Shown here: piece after piece, positions 11,046-23,749 of the stretch
Layout: each line of letters opens with the position of its first letter
Position numbering within the stretch: the first letter of the stretch is position 1
Source: Phoronis australis
Lineage: Eukaryota > Animalia > Phoronida
Reading direction: 5' to 3'
DNA: 64,000 bases
Assembly (NCBI GenBank): GCA_002633005.1
Contig: NMRA01000110.1
Location: forward strand, 837,552-901,551
The notes under the pieces: generated by a model
The model's input: only the letters and a program-made list of their open reading frames with translations
The model's database searches: none
What the model was told of the DNA's origin: nothing
Position numbers and translations under genes: made by a program

Positions 11046-13291
11046 GGTTCGGTAAGTGGCAATATTAATAAATACAGGAGAGTTTTTAAAAGTAACAGTA
11101 GTAGCAGTAGTAGTAATTCAATTTATTCATTTTACAATTAATACAAATTAAATGTTATGGAGATTCCGTGAAGGATCCGAAGGGGCCGCTGCAGCCACAA
11201 GATTGAGCCCACTTTGTATTCAGATAGATCCGCGTTGTCCACTGCCGTGGAGAGTGGATATTGAGCTGCATTGAACCTATGCCTTCTGCCACAAAATACG
11301 TTTTGATTTAGAGCCCCATTGTGGATTACCTGAATTAAAAGTGATTCGCCTGCTCGATAAGAACTGATATCTCGTTATTTCTTCAAAGTAAGCTCGTGTT
11401 ACATCGGTTCACAACGGACACGTGTTCGGTCAAACTCAGAAAAGAGACAATATGCAATAAATGGTATCAAAATGTTTGTTGTTTGTTCTCCAGTGGCCAC
11501 TCTACATGTACTTAACCTGAAGTTTATCGACTTTTTCTCGATGACGAAGCGTTGTAAACTGAATGTACATTTATTTACGAAATGCGTGGAATAAGAACAA
11601 AGCAAATGTTCTTGTGGATTTACCGACCTCGTGGTAAAATCAAACGTTTAAAAAATAATATCGAACTCTAACTATGAGGCATTTCTTATGTATAACAATG
11701 AACAAACGTTGAAATGCTGCCTGAAATTGTAATAAAAGTTAAAAAAACAATGTGTTACTACCGCAGGAGTTTTTAAAGCCGGGCAATGTTCAAAGAGTAA
11801 CTCGCAATTTAATCCTATTAAAGTTATCTCTTTTTATTACCTCTTCATCACGTTTCCGCAACTCTCCGTTGAATATTGTTTGTAATTACGTAAATTGTTG
11901 ATAGAAACAAGTTTATATTTGGAACAACGTCAACAGCCGATTGATCATTAGCACAGATTTTAGCGTTACCTGAAAACGGCAAGCGCAAAGTTGTGGTTGG
12001 TTGTAGGGTCAACAGTGTTCAAGCATCCCGTATTTATGTCGCTTTTGAAGTTTGTGGAAATCGTAATCACATGGTTTCGATGTTTTAACCTTCTAAGCCC
12101 GTGGTTCAGGCACACAATACTGCATGTTTCATGCCTTTACTGCAAGGGGTCAATTCCTTGAACATGAAATTTTCGTAGCAACGGACCTTCGGTGTAACAA
12201 TATGATTTTCTCTAAAGAAAAACATCCAGGGAGCAATAACGTTTTCATTGATGGCGTAAAAAACGGGGATTCAAAAAATACCATGCTAAACAGAAATGTT
12301 TAAAATATTAAGTTCTATGGCAGAGGCTTCGAAACAACTTCAACTTGTCGTGGGGTGATTGGTTGCCAGAGTTGCCAGCGTGAATTCAAATTTCTTAACA
12401 AAAAAGTTACAAAAACACATACCCTTGACCAACTTCTTCAAGCAGCGCTAAGAATTTTCTTCTACCGTAGTTGATTTACATCAGTTGCTTCGACTTTAAT
12501 TCCTATGTTACAAGTTGTCTCTCTTCCTTCGGATTCCTTTTTTGTTAACGCTAGATGAGGTATGTGCAAGTGAAATATTCAGATCTCCTGTAGCAAAAAA
12601 TTGTACTGGGATGATGAATCGGGAGGCGCAAATCAAAGCATCAAACAATTAGATGCCCACAGGAAACTAGAGCGCATGCTCCTGGCATAGATATCGATAG
12701 ATTGGCGTACCTCTTTTTCACTTTGTTTTTCTTTCTTATAAAAAATAATGGTAAGCATATACCGGTAACCGGCTGATGGGCACCCAAGGTACGATATCCG
12801 TGCGACAAAGGAAAACAATGGTACTTGTAGAGTCCCATAGGCGATGTATCGTGTGATGCTCGTACGCCCGTCGCATGGATCTCGCAGGTTAAACAGTAGC
12901 TTGCGAAATCCGTATCACTTGCCATGCGTAATTTCTAATAATTGCAAAATTATGATTCATAACTGTACAGTCGAAACACCCCTGGTGATTAGTATTATAA
13001 ATAATTATGCAAATGTTTGATATTCAAAGCAATTCCTTTGTTCAGTACAGGCACGTGGATACAATGTTGCTAAAGTGCATAATATATCATACGTTTTACC
13101 AAACTGAGCCATCTACAACAAGTATCTACAAACAATAAAACGTTACGAAACAACCTAACTCCTTGGTGAATTGTCAGATAAAATGTTATGTGCCCACATT
13201 TTGATAACCAATTTTAGCAGCTGAATGACGGGCAAAATGGTCCTCAAAATCTAAGCACGTTCTAAGGGAATACTAGGAGATTACCCACCAC

Positions 13292-14579
13292 GGGTTAAAG
13301 CACCTTACTCCGAAGGCCCACTACTCTTTACTACTGCCAAGGTTCACTAGTACTCTTGAAAACACTCTCCCGAAATCGCACTACTCCGAAGAAAACACTA
13401 CTCCGAAGAAACCACAAGCCATGAAGCAACGAACTTCTTTCAGTTTAGCACATAAATCTGATACATTGTCTTTTTGTCAAGAAAACTGAAAGAAGACATG
13501 AAACAGCAATGGTAAACTACAAAGGCAGCAGAAACGACTGAAACAAGTCATTGGATTTCATTGTTCAAATATTATTTTTTTGCGTAGGCAATTTGACACT
13601 AAGTAACAAATCAATATCCTAATCCTGAAACTGAGAGAAAACTTTTGAAGGTTGAGTAAAAAAATGGAAAAAAAAAATAAAAAAAAACATTCGAAGTAAT
13701 GTTTTTTCGGAGTAGTGGGCCGATTGTTCAAAAACTCCCTGGATCCCCTCGCTCCCTGCACCCCACTAACCCCTCAAACCACGAGCCCCACGACCCAGTC
13801 TACACAAGCTCGACTCGATCAGAACATAGAACAATCACTGATTTGCAGGACAAACAAGTTGGACCATGCGCTCGGCTGGCTTTTCCCTGTTTTTTGAAAT
13901 TAAGAGAGTAGATTCGGCAAGTTTGATAGCCAAAAAACATAAAAAAACAGCGTAACCAAACCACATCAAAGACCCATCAACGTTAGAAAAGTTGTTCCCG
14001 ATCTCGTCTGCTATTCACTGAATGACATATTCAAGCTTAGTTCGGGAAAGTGCGAGGAACCGACGAATATGTAATTTCATCAGTAAATGCATACAAACCG
14101 TTAACTAAAAGAGTATCTCAAAGTTACATAGAGCATGTTGTAAACGGGTATACTGTACAACAGCAATCATATAAAAATAAAATTGTGAAATCATGTCCAT
14201 TAACGTTAGCGTACCTTCTCCCTAAGTTTTATAGAAGGGGCCATTGGTAGTGGCTGTTGTTACTACATGTTTTTACGTGAGAATCATAGCATGCCATTTC
14301 AGGTCATGTTCTTCCTTCGCTTTCTGTTTTTAGCCACCGGACTTGAGCCAGAGCAGATTTGAGTGTAGGTAAGTTTCATGAGAAAGTCAATCAGCGACGT
14401 AATATGATTATGAAACATGTAAAAAGCGCACAGATTCATCTATTGCCACAGGTCGTGGGTAAAGGGGGGTTGTGGGTGGTGGAAGTTGTGGGTCGAGGGG
14501 GTCGGGGGTCGTGAGCTGTGGGTTCGAGGGAGTTTAGGAACAATCCGTAGTTGGCTTTTGTAGTAGTGATTTGTTACCC
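13292..14579. mobile_element. Non-autonomous DNA transposon with CACTACTCCGAAG subterminal repeats (host of a nested insertion)
   Basis: GGGT..A/T..ACCC termini; repeated CACTACTCCGAAG at left and inverted TTCGGAGTAGTG at right; degenerate 10-bp flanks TACCCACCAC/TGCCCACGAT. Confidence 0.55.
13721..14546. mobile_element. Mutator-like non-autonomous element with 9-bp TSD
   Basis: TIR (C/G)GATTGTTC.AAACTCCCT...AGGGAGTTTAGGAACAATCC. Flanks GTAGTGGGC/GTAGTTGGC (one mismatch). Confidence 0.75.
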
Positions 14580-15829
14580 TGCCCACGATGCCCGTTATTC
14601 AATGAAGTGTTGGTGTATTGCAAATTTCATGTAGATGTAGATAAGTGAACAGATTCAGAACGAATAAAAGTTATCTATAATTGCATACCATTGTAAATAT
14701 CTGTTGAGTGATTATTCCGGACGAGAGAGATTTTCAAATGCAGATTTTAGGCTATTGTTACTATTGTGTCGTAGCATTTTGGGGTTCCATTCTTTCAAAA
14801 AATCCACATGAAAATAAATGCTTGAAATACTAAGCAACCAAATTATTGTTTCTCAATGCATGGTAAAGAATTGTTATCAGATTCAAGTGTATGACTGTTG
14901 TACACAAACGTTCTTTTGTACTACATGTATGCACGGATGGTTACATTTAATTCAACCGATACTACAGTAGTACGTCAACAGCAAAACAAAAACGCACCGC
15001 CAGCATGTGTAAACACCAAGTAAACCACCTCGAAAAAATGAGGGGTGTTCACCCTGAAAAAATAATTTCTTTGCATTGGGATTTGCTGTAATCACGAAAA
15101 GCAACACATTTCGAGTTTTCGTAGCTCATCGGAAAGTCGTGGGAAGTTGAACGGTGCACGCCCTTCTGTCGACACGTCTGAAGTAGCCAAGCACTTTAAA
15201 TTGATTCACCACGGAAAAAGCAGATCTATGGCTGATTTCTTTAGGTAACTAGCGTCTTTACTCTAAGATACGTTTGGGTTTGATAAGGGCAAATACTGTG
15301 GTTCCGCAACCCTGACATTCAGGAGAATCGACGTGCAACGTTTTTACCTCAACTCTCATGACAATAACACTCCACACGTTTAATAAATTAGTCTTACGTA
15401 ATATCATACAGTGTACATGTAACGTGTTTTTTACAAAATGATAACTTCTTTTCCGAAGAGTTCCTGTTGTGGGGTGCGCTGGGGACTGGTGGCGAGTCCA
15501 TTTCATGCTACACTCTAGCAAGTTAGACCTATAGGCCTACAAGGAATGAACAAGAGGGCCGTATTCGGGAACAGTGTACTGTACAGTTGGGTAAGCTGTA
15601 CTTTCACAGCCAAGTCTTTCGAGACTTGCGCAGTATTCAATAGGCCTCTAAACACCTGTCATCTTCCTACCTGCAATAAGCACCACTGTCGTCTTCTTTA
15701 CTGAGGATTTCCGCAGAAAGGCCCAACCTGTGAAACGGCCATGCCCATGGGCGTTTATATGTAGATATAAATTCGGGTTTCAAGTGTTTAGCCCTTGTAA
15801 CGTTTTTTACCGAAAATTGCAAGAGATAC

Positions 15830-18800
15830 AAATTGACCCTGGGCTACGTGATCTTCGACAAATGCGCAAGGTTTGTAGTAGTCCATGATGAACGGGTCAA
15901 ACATAGTTGCGCTTGTAACTCTTTTGAATGGAATTGACAACCTCAGGGGGCTTAGTGCCATGCTGCGAAACGCGTTTCTGACATTGTAAAGGCTTAGAAG
16001 CTCATTGACACAACAGCTGACGAAATGCAAGTATTGGAAACAAACATCGAAGATGTCTGGGTAGAATGGTTCTAAGACACGCAAACCATTGGATCCGAAA
16101 TGAAGATTCCTCGACCGCCAAGACAACAGAAGCATAGGGCTAACTTTCCTGCAGAGACTGCAAGGTAATAAATTATAATTCTACACGGTTTGTACATAAT
16201 GTCGGTCTTCTGACATACTTTTTTCTTTGATCCCTGTGTACACTGAAAACGAAATAGAAATTATTTTCAGACATGCCAAATTTACCCAGTAAGTCACAGG
16301 GACTACGAGCGCACAGAAACTGATCCTAATTTGTATTTCTACTTGGCTCTTTATCTGCTTCATAACCAAAACCTATTTCACGAAGTGCGTGCGTAGTTAA
16401 ATACTACAAAAGAACTGTGCGAATAACCTTCCTAAACAACCTCTCACAGCAGTTGACAACCTGGGCCCGGTCTCCAATCTCCGTACTCAGACTCGAATCA
16501 TGCTCAAACTCACACTTCATACTCAACTCGAGTACAGACTCAGCTTTGGTGTATTCAATGTCATACTCGAAAAATCTGTACTCGAAATTTCGAGCACGTA
16601 CTCAGTTTTCGAGTATACTCGAACTGAAGTGTATCTCATCTATATTTCGAGTACGATTTTTGAGTAAAAATTCGGAGTCTATGCTCAAATTTCAAGTTTG
16701 GTATGGCAGTGTGCTTGAAATCGTACTCGAAAATAAATACGAGCCAGAAAACAAAATATCAAAAGGGAACCAAGAAACACAGCAAATCTAAAAAAATAAG
16801 TCCTCTTACCGTATCTCAGCACTTCAATTTCAGTTCAGGGATAATAGTTTTCATCTTAAATCTTCTTATTCTTCACCTTATTAACCCGCCGTATCACTAT
16901 ATGTTATGGCCGCCATTCTACCTCTACAATTCCTGGCATCAGGCGCATTGTAATCGCTTGTTGGCGAGTCATAACAAGCGTCAAAAGCAGTTGTGGGAAA
17001 AGTCGTGTGAGAAGTTTGTGCTGCCCTTATTTCGGTATGTGTGCCTACGTTTTGTAGGGTTTCCAAAAGACGAGGAGGGGAGGGAAGTGAAAAAAAAGTT
17101 CGCTTCCCTGTCAGGTACATATCTCATCATAATCATAGGTTATAGACAACTATAGTCTATGTCATAACTTAGTTACCTATAATTCCTCAATCTCCAAATG
17201 GAATTCCAGATTTTGTTTGCCGATTTCTAAGTAGACGTCTCGTCCCGTTCACTGCCACTGGTGAACTCTGAATGCCTGCACAAGTATTGTTTTTAACTCA
17301 CGTGCCAAATGTCAACTCACTTGATACATCTCGGTAAAATACAAAGCTACAGTATCAAAGTTTGACATCAGCGTAGGCCTACACAGCAGTGGGTTTTATG
17401 TCAAGACTAAATTAGCAACAGGGATATGATGTGATAAGCTGTTACATATTTCTTAAGACATTTTCGGGACTGGGTGAGGAACTCAAGAAGTAAAGCTTGA
17501 TAATTGCCAAATGTTTCAAAGAAATGGCATAAGAATATTTATTGAAACTAAAAAATGAATAACAGTTACAGAACACTTAGAATTCCACGTTATAGACATA
17601 CTCTTGTAGTTGTAGCGATTGGCTGCATATCTGGGACACAGACTTACAATCACCAGATTAATTGAAGGTGACTGACCCCTTCTGACTATCCGCGACTTGA
17701 GTAACAGCTTGTGTCTTCTGTTTAATTACCGATTGACCTATGTTACAGTAGAAACTTAAAAAGTATCAATATCTTTGCTCTCATATCAGCAATAACTCCG
17801 ACTCTAGCGGTAATTCTGGAATGTTCAAAGTTGAGATAAATTGCCAGATAACTTGCGTTCCACCCTCAAGCACGCAGACGGCGACATCTTCCTAAACGTG
17901 AGGAAGATGTTATTGATAGCATGTCTATCAGTATTGGATCCTGTGAGGCAGAGAGGTCACTTTCTGTGCTCAGTCGTGTGAAGACACACTTGAGGGCAAC
18001 TATGTCTCAGGAAAGGCTTGCTGGGTTATCACTGGTGGCCATGCATCACGAAACAACAGAGACGCTAGACAAGTCACTGGTCGCCAACCGCTTTATCCAG
18101 AGCACCCAAGGCGTGTGTTCTGCAAGTCTATCTTGTTCGGCGGAAAGTGCGTTGCGTTTTGTAAATGAATAATGGCAAGATGTGTAAAATACATGTTTGA
18201 TCAACCACTGGGGATTAAAAAGTGTCTAGAGAGAACTTTTCAATTCAGATACTTTACATAGTAAACTTTAGGTCTCCCGACGGCCCAGGTCGGCTTCTTT
18301 GAGTTGATATTGACTCTCAATGTACTTCAGGTCCTTCGGCGAACTAGTCTTGTGCTATCCTTTTACCAGAGTTTGCTTTGTAAATCTATAAACCCCTGTC
18401 AGTACTGTTTGGCGACTGATCTTGTATTTTACAAGGATAATAAGCACGGATGTACTTTGGTCTAGTGACGGACCAGGCCAGCCTATTGCTGTGCTCTCAC
18501 TGTACATCTGGTCCCTCTGCGAACTGGTCGTGTAATTTTTTTCGCCACGTTGTACAGTATGTTTTAGTTTCGTGAAAATGTTTTGATGTGATTTGTTTAT
18601 TGATACAATTGACTTATTTCAATTGTTGCGACATACAGTAACGCAACAGTCAACGTGATTCAGCTTAATAAAGGGATACTTAAGTGTTTATTGTCGCTTT
18701 TAATAATTGACTATGGGCTGAGATCACCATTGTTCGTTACTATTCTCGTAACGAGAAAGAACTGTGTTTATTTCCGGACGTACATGTAACACTGTCGGTC

Positions 18801-19245
18801 TTCGTTCTTAACTTAAGGCTGCTGTCACGCGATCATCTGATGTTCAAGTGTTGGGTTTTTCGTGGCCGTCGGTGCCCTATTGGTCTTGAATATTTGGTAG
18901 TTGTCTAGGCCCCTGTATGCACACTACAGTTTTTCGTGTGCTAGTTTTCGTATGCTAAAAATCAGTGTGTGTAGACAGATGTTCCAACTAAAATTTTGCT
19001 GTTGGCATGACTCATACCCAGATGAGCACAAATATGGTTTCACGAAACTTATGAACCTAGTTCATGTCACGAAATCGAGAAAGATCTTAAATTATCTGAG
19101 ACTTCAGAGACAGGTAAACTGCCAGAAACTCGCCAGGATGCATGACAATTGCACTTTTTGGCTACAGGAACAAAAAAAATCTTACACAGGAGGGGGAACC
19201 GCGAATCCTGACCTCCCCCTTCTTGAAAACTTAGATCCGCCACTG
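15830..19245 (+). mobile_element. Degraded hAT (ZMYM1/PRKRIR-like) transposon with right TIR
   Basis: MKIPRPPRQQKHRANFPAET (~16100); hATC dimerisation motif SCEAERSLSVLSRVKTHLRATMSQERLAGLSLVAMH (17921-18172); terminal AGATCCGCCACTG at 19233-19245. Confidence 0.75.
16460..16735. repeat. ACTCGA-rich MITE-like insertion within the hAT remnant
   Basis: Many direct and inverted ACTCGA/TCGAGT motifs. Confidence 0.45.
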
Positions 19246-20839
19246 ACTTCTAGACTCCCTTGTTACCCTATGGTGTAGCAACCACCCGCATTTAATGCCG
19301 GTGAATAACGTTAAGTCTCGTATAAACGTCTGCACGCTCCTGTCGTCTACGCAGAAACCTATCCGGCGAAATCCGCCAGGTACGGCCAGATGATTAGGTG
19401 AACCGCTTTGAATCAGAAGTAAAATTATTACTATGTTAGTTGTCATTGTAGTTAGCAGTACTAGAAGCTGCAACAAGATTATTGTTGTTGTCCATCTACT
19501 GTATATCCTATATTTACTTGGTAGGCTGGGCCACTGGCCTATTAATCTTGCGTGGTGACTGGAAAACGCAGAGCACAGGCTGGAGGCTATACATGTACAT
19601 GTACAGTGTAGATGAAGCCTGACTGATAGATATTTGTAGCCAACATTTTCGTGGCGTCAATCAACAAATTGAGCGTCATTTTCACCCTAAAATTTCCAAA
19701 TCGTGCGCTGTTAAACATCACCACTCGTTTTTAAGCTCAAAGAGTGCCCATGTGTGGTTATTTTTCATTCATATCGCATCATCATAGACACGCGATGGGA
19801 GATCCGTGTAGAACTTCAAAAACGTAAAGACAACTTTGCAGTTTTGCATAAAACAAACAAAATGAAGTGTGAATGGAGACTTTGTCAAAATAGTTACGTT
19901 TACAAAATGAATAGGGCGTGATACTGACCGCGATGTGAAATCAGCCAATCTAAAGAACCCGTTACCGTCACGAGTCAAAAGAGCAAACTTCCACGTCTTG
20001 TCATTCAAAGCTGATTGTATTCTCCATAATCCAAAGTTCAATGTTTCCGATCGCCATCAACATTTGAAATACACGTAGTGGTGTTCGCCCGATGTTAAAT
20101 CGTGATACAGTGACATAATAAAACTAGCTTAATTTTTGACCCTGTGCTGAGACGAATATACATCGGCACACAATGTGACAATAGCCTGGCAACCTATTTC
20201 GCAACTGACACTCTAGAATATAAATAGCAGCCGACCACGGGGTCAAGGTCATGTGAAGGGGCGCCATGTGAGTAAATATTTCGGCCGACTAACAAGTCGG
20301 CTCTTTTGCCTACCGGTAGTCGACTCCTAGCGGACCAGATGAACAGTGATCTATGCTGCAGCAATTGCTTTGACATGAATCATGAGGTCACTGGAGTGAT
20401 GATGTAATTTGTTTACCAAAGAAGTGTGGAACATTCTAGAGGATTCTAGCATGTAGTCTGGAACATACTCGAGCCTAGTATATATTTGTAGAATGTTTGA
20501 AAAACCTAACGCTCTTACATTTGACAGGACAACAAATTGAACTGCATGATTGATAGAGGAACCACGCTGAGTTAGATTAAATCATCATTTAATTTCTTAC
20601 GAGTCATTTTTCTCTAATCTGGATCAAATGGTCGATCTAAAGTTTCATGGTAAACTACCAGAACTAAAGAGTTACCTAGCCAGTTGGTCCATGGAAATCT
20701 TACACGTACCTCCATATGGTTGCATTGCAGTTGTGAAAAGTTTGGTTCTCTCCAAATATATTAACGTTTTTGCTTGCGTGCTTAACCCATCCTAACATTT
20801 CATGAAAGTATAAAACATGATTTCTGTAGTTTTGAAAGG

Positions 20840-23720
20840 ATGAATTTATTATTCAACAATATACACTAATACTTTAACGAGTGAACAAAGGAAAGGGGGA
20901 CATACTTTCACTCTATCACACACACGCTCATTCACACACTTCATAATGTAGTAGACAGAACACTAAACAATGTATGCATTTGATACACACATGTAACAGA
21001 TTCTTTGCATGACAGCACCAAGGCTCTCTCTTATTGTTATTTTAATAGTCAGCTTCTTTTTGTTTTTGAAAGTTAAATTAAATATAGTAGCATATTTCAA
21101 CAGGAATAAGCTAACGGCAGACCAATCTTTACGTAACTGTTGTTGGTTACGTAGATAAATAAAATATTTGACGACAGTGATAACATAATTAATCAACAGG
21201 GAGAATTCAGGAGAACTCAAATGGCAAAACATGAATTCATTCTTGTTATTTTGACATCTTCCCTAAGAGATTAATCAACAATCTTTGCAGTACATTACAA
21301 TGGAAAAATGTGTTCAGTATTCTTCAATAGGTTACAGTAGGAAAATTTATATGAGTTAACAACCTCCATCTTATATATCTTATATAACAAAGAGTTATTA
21401 TACACTCTGTTATGTAACAACATATACTTAATAAACAAAAATTAATGCATGGGTCGAGGGGAAGTGTAAATGGGAAGGAATATTTTTTTGATATCGTAAC
21501 GCTGTCTGTTTTTGCAATAGTTCTCTAACAAAATATTTTTGATTTTTTATTGTGCAATTTTATTGTAATCTAAGCAAATTTTATTTTATCAGCCAAACAA
21601 TTGCTGATGACCATGATCAATTTTTCTAGATTAAATAATACAAATTGAATTAAAACTCAGAATTTGAAAATTTTTAATCATACTGTATATTTTTGAGCAC
21701 TTCCCAAGACAACAGCTTATTTGCAGCATCAAGAAAGTCATTGATGAAACATAACCCATTCTTAGCCAAATCTATATAATAAAGTGACTTATTATTAACT
21801 GGTATCTCTCTGATATGCCATATAATCTGATCACAAACAGGCACGTTATTATGAAATTTTGATCCACCTGTCACTCACAATTTTTCTCTATAAAAATTAC
21901 CAATTGCCGTTTAAAATGACACGACCGCAGTAGCTCATCACCATAACATTTGAGAATATATTGTTGATAAAATTTCCTTCTTCCACATTTAGGAGACCGA
22001 AGGTTTTTAACCCAGTTGACTAAAGGCCTTCTTTTGTGAGGATTATATCAGGAACTTTTCAACCACCATCTTCATACATGTAGGAGGCCATTGAGATGTT
22101 TTATTCTTTATTTTAGACAGTTTCAATGCCCAAATAAAACGATTAAGAACTTTGTGACATCACTCACTTTTCAATCCTAGGACAGATATGACGTGAATAA
22201 TATTGGAATATTTAAAAGTCTCCCAAGTTCCGAATTTTTTCTTCAAATGTTTGCCTATCTTTTCTTTTTCGTATTCACTGTAATAAACGCCCTGACGTTT
22301 ACCGTTTCAATCTGGCCAATTGATGCCATACCTCTTCTTCAGCACAGACTGGTGGCCCAAACCATTCCTTAGTGTTTTCGCTTATTTGATTTTACACCAG
22401 ACACTTCGCCAAGTTTTCAAAAGCATGCAAAGCATCATGTTCCAGCTAGACTTTTCATCCTGAATAAATAACATTTTGTCATCAGCATTCTGCACTATTG
22501 TTATTTCAATCCCAAAATTAAGAGAATTAATTCCAACCTGATGACTCTTTAGTTCCACACGTAATATTAAAATGTTACTACTTAAAGTTCTCCCTTCCCG
22601 AAGGCCTTTCTTGACGTTAAAATACCCCCAAGTAAATCCGTTGCTTTGAACACAATTCAAAATATCGAAATATCGGTATACATGTACATGCATATTGTTT
22701 TTTATCCGTTGAATAAATTTGGGAACAAAATTTAGGCCGCATAGGTTTTGTGGAGAGGTAACCAATTTTTACTTACATGCGCTTTCTTAAAATCTAAGAA
22801 TATAATTTGTCCAGTTTTGGTGGCTATTTGTATGGTACAATATTACGTCCTGTATTAATCTAATATTTTGACCAATAAATCATTTGGAAACGGAAGATTG
22901 GTCTTAAGAAGGTACCGATTTAGTCGATTGGCAATAACCTTTCTGAATATTTTATAGTCACAATTCAATAACGAAATTAGTTGCCAATTTTCAAGATTCT
23001 GGAATTCGTCTGTATTTGTACTTTTTGGGGATAAGTGTAATAACACTTTTTTCTTAGGGATTTTGAAAATTTCCCTGTTTTAAAACTGTAAGTTATACAT
23101 TCCAAACATTTATTGTTTTACACAATGCGTATCCTAAACCGTCAGTGTCTGGTGTTTTGTTGCTTTAGGATTATTTTAGACTTCATCGAGCTCGTCCTTT
23201 GTGATCTCTTGTTCCAATAATAAGGACTGATCATGTGTCAGTTCTTTATAACTAGACAAACTGAAAATATCAGGGACATTAATATCCTCATATTATTTTC
23301 CTATATATTTCCATAATAAATACCATCGTAAAAAGCTCCTTGAATGTTTTTATCTCTTTTGGGTCTTGCGTCACTCTGCCATTTGACTTCAGTTCTGTCA
23401 TATAAATTTTACCATTGCTACGTTTTTCAAGATTTCAGAAATATTTAGAATGTGCTTCACCTTCTTCCACCCACTGGGCTTTACTTCTAACAAACCACCT
23501 TTTATTACAGTCATGGATTTGTAAAAATTTCTAGGTTTAATTTGCATATATTTAATCCACAATGAAACATGTGATTACTTGATTCATTTTCGAATTGTTT
23601 TATTGATTTACTATTTGATCTATTAATAACTGTTCCCGTTGCCTATTTCTTGAAAATACGAATTTTGAACTTTGTATCTAATTTTCATTTTTAAAATATC
23701 CCAAGACAAGTTTTTCTCGT
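20840..23720 (-). mobile_element. Degraded L1/Tx1-clade LINE ORF2
   Basis: SKAQWVEEGE..SKYF, NWQLISLLNCDYKIFRKVIANRL, NGFTWGYFNVKKGLREG, QNADD (YADD), and a C-terminal Cys region. Confidence 0.85.
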
Positions 23721-23749
23721 TTTGGTTCTCCGTCCTCTAATTGTTTGAA

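Noticed and set aside
11830-12930. Cys/His-containing broken ORFs on the minus strand, possibly a DNA-transposon gene
   Set aside because: No diagnostic motif recognised, so it cannot be classified from sequence alone.
13300-13415. Short repeated CACTACTCCGAAG units resembling a CRISPR array
   Set aside because: Eukaryotic context, no unique constant-length spacers, and inverted copies at the other end of the element. These are transposon subterminal repeats.
14334-14368. AG...GTAAGT-bounded mini-exon as exon 2 for the 3700 exon
   Set aside because: Gives a stop in the required phase, lacks WxxW, and lies within a transposon.
20174-20534. Possible solo LTR (TGTGACA...ACAACA with TATA-like motifs)
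   Set aside because: No matching TSD and no second copy in the window.
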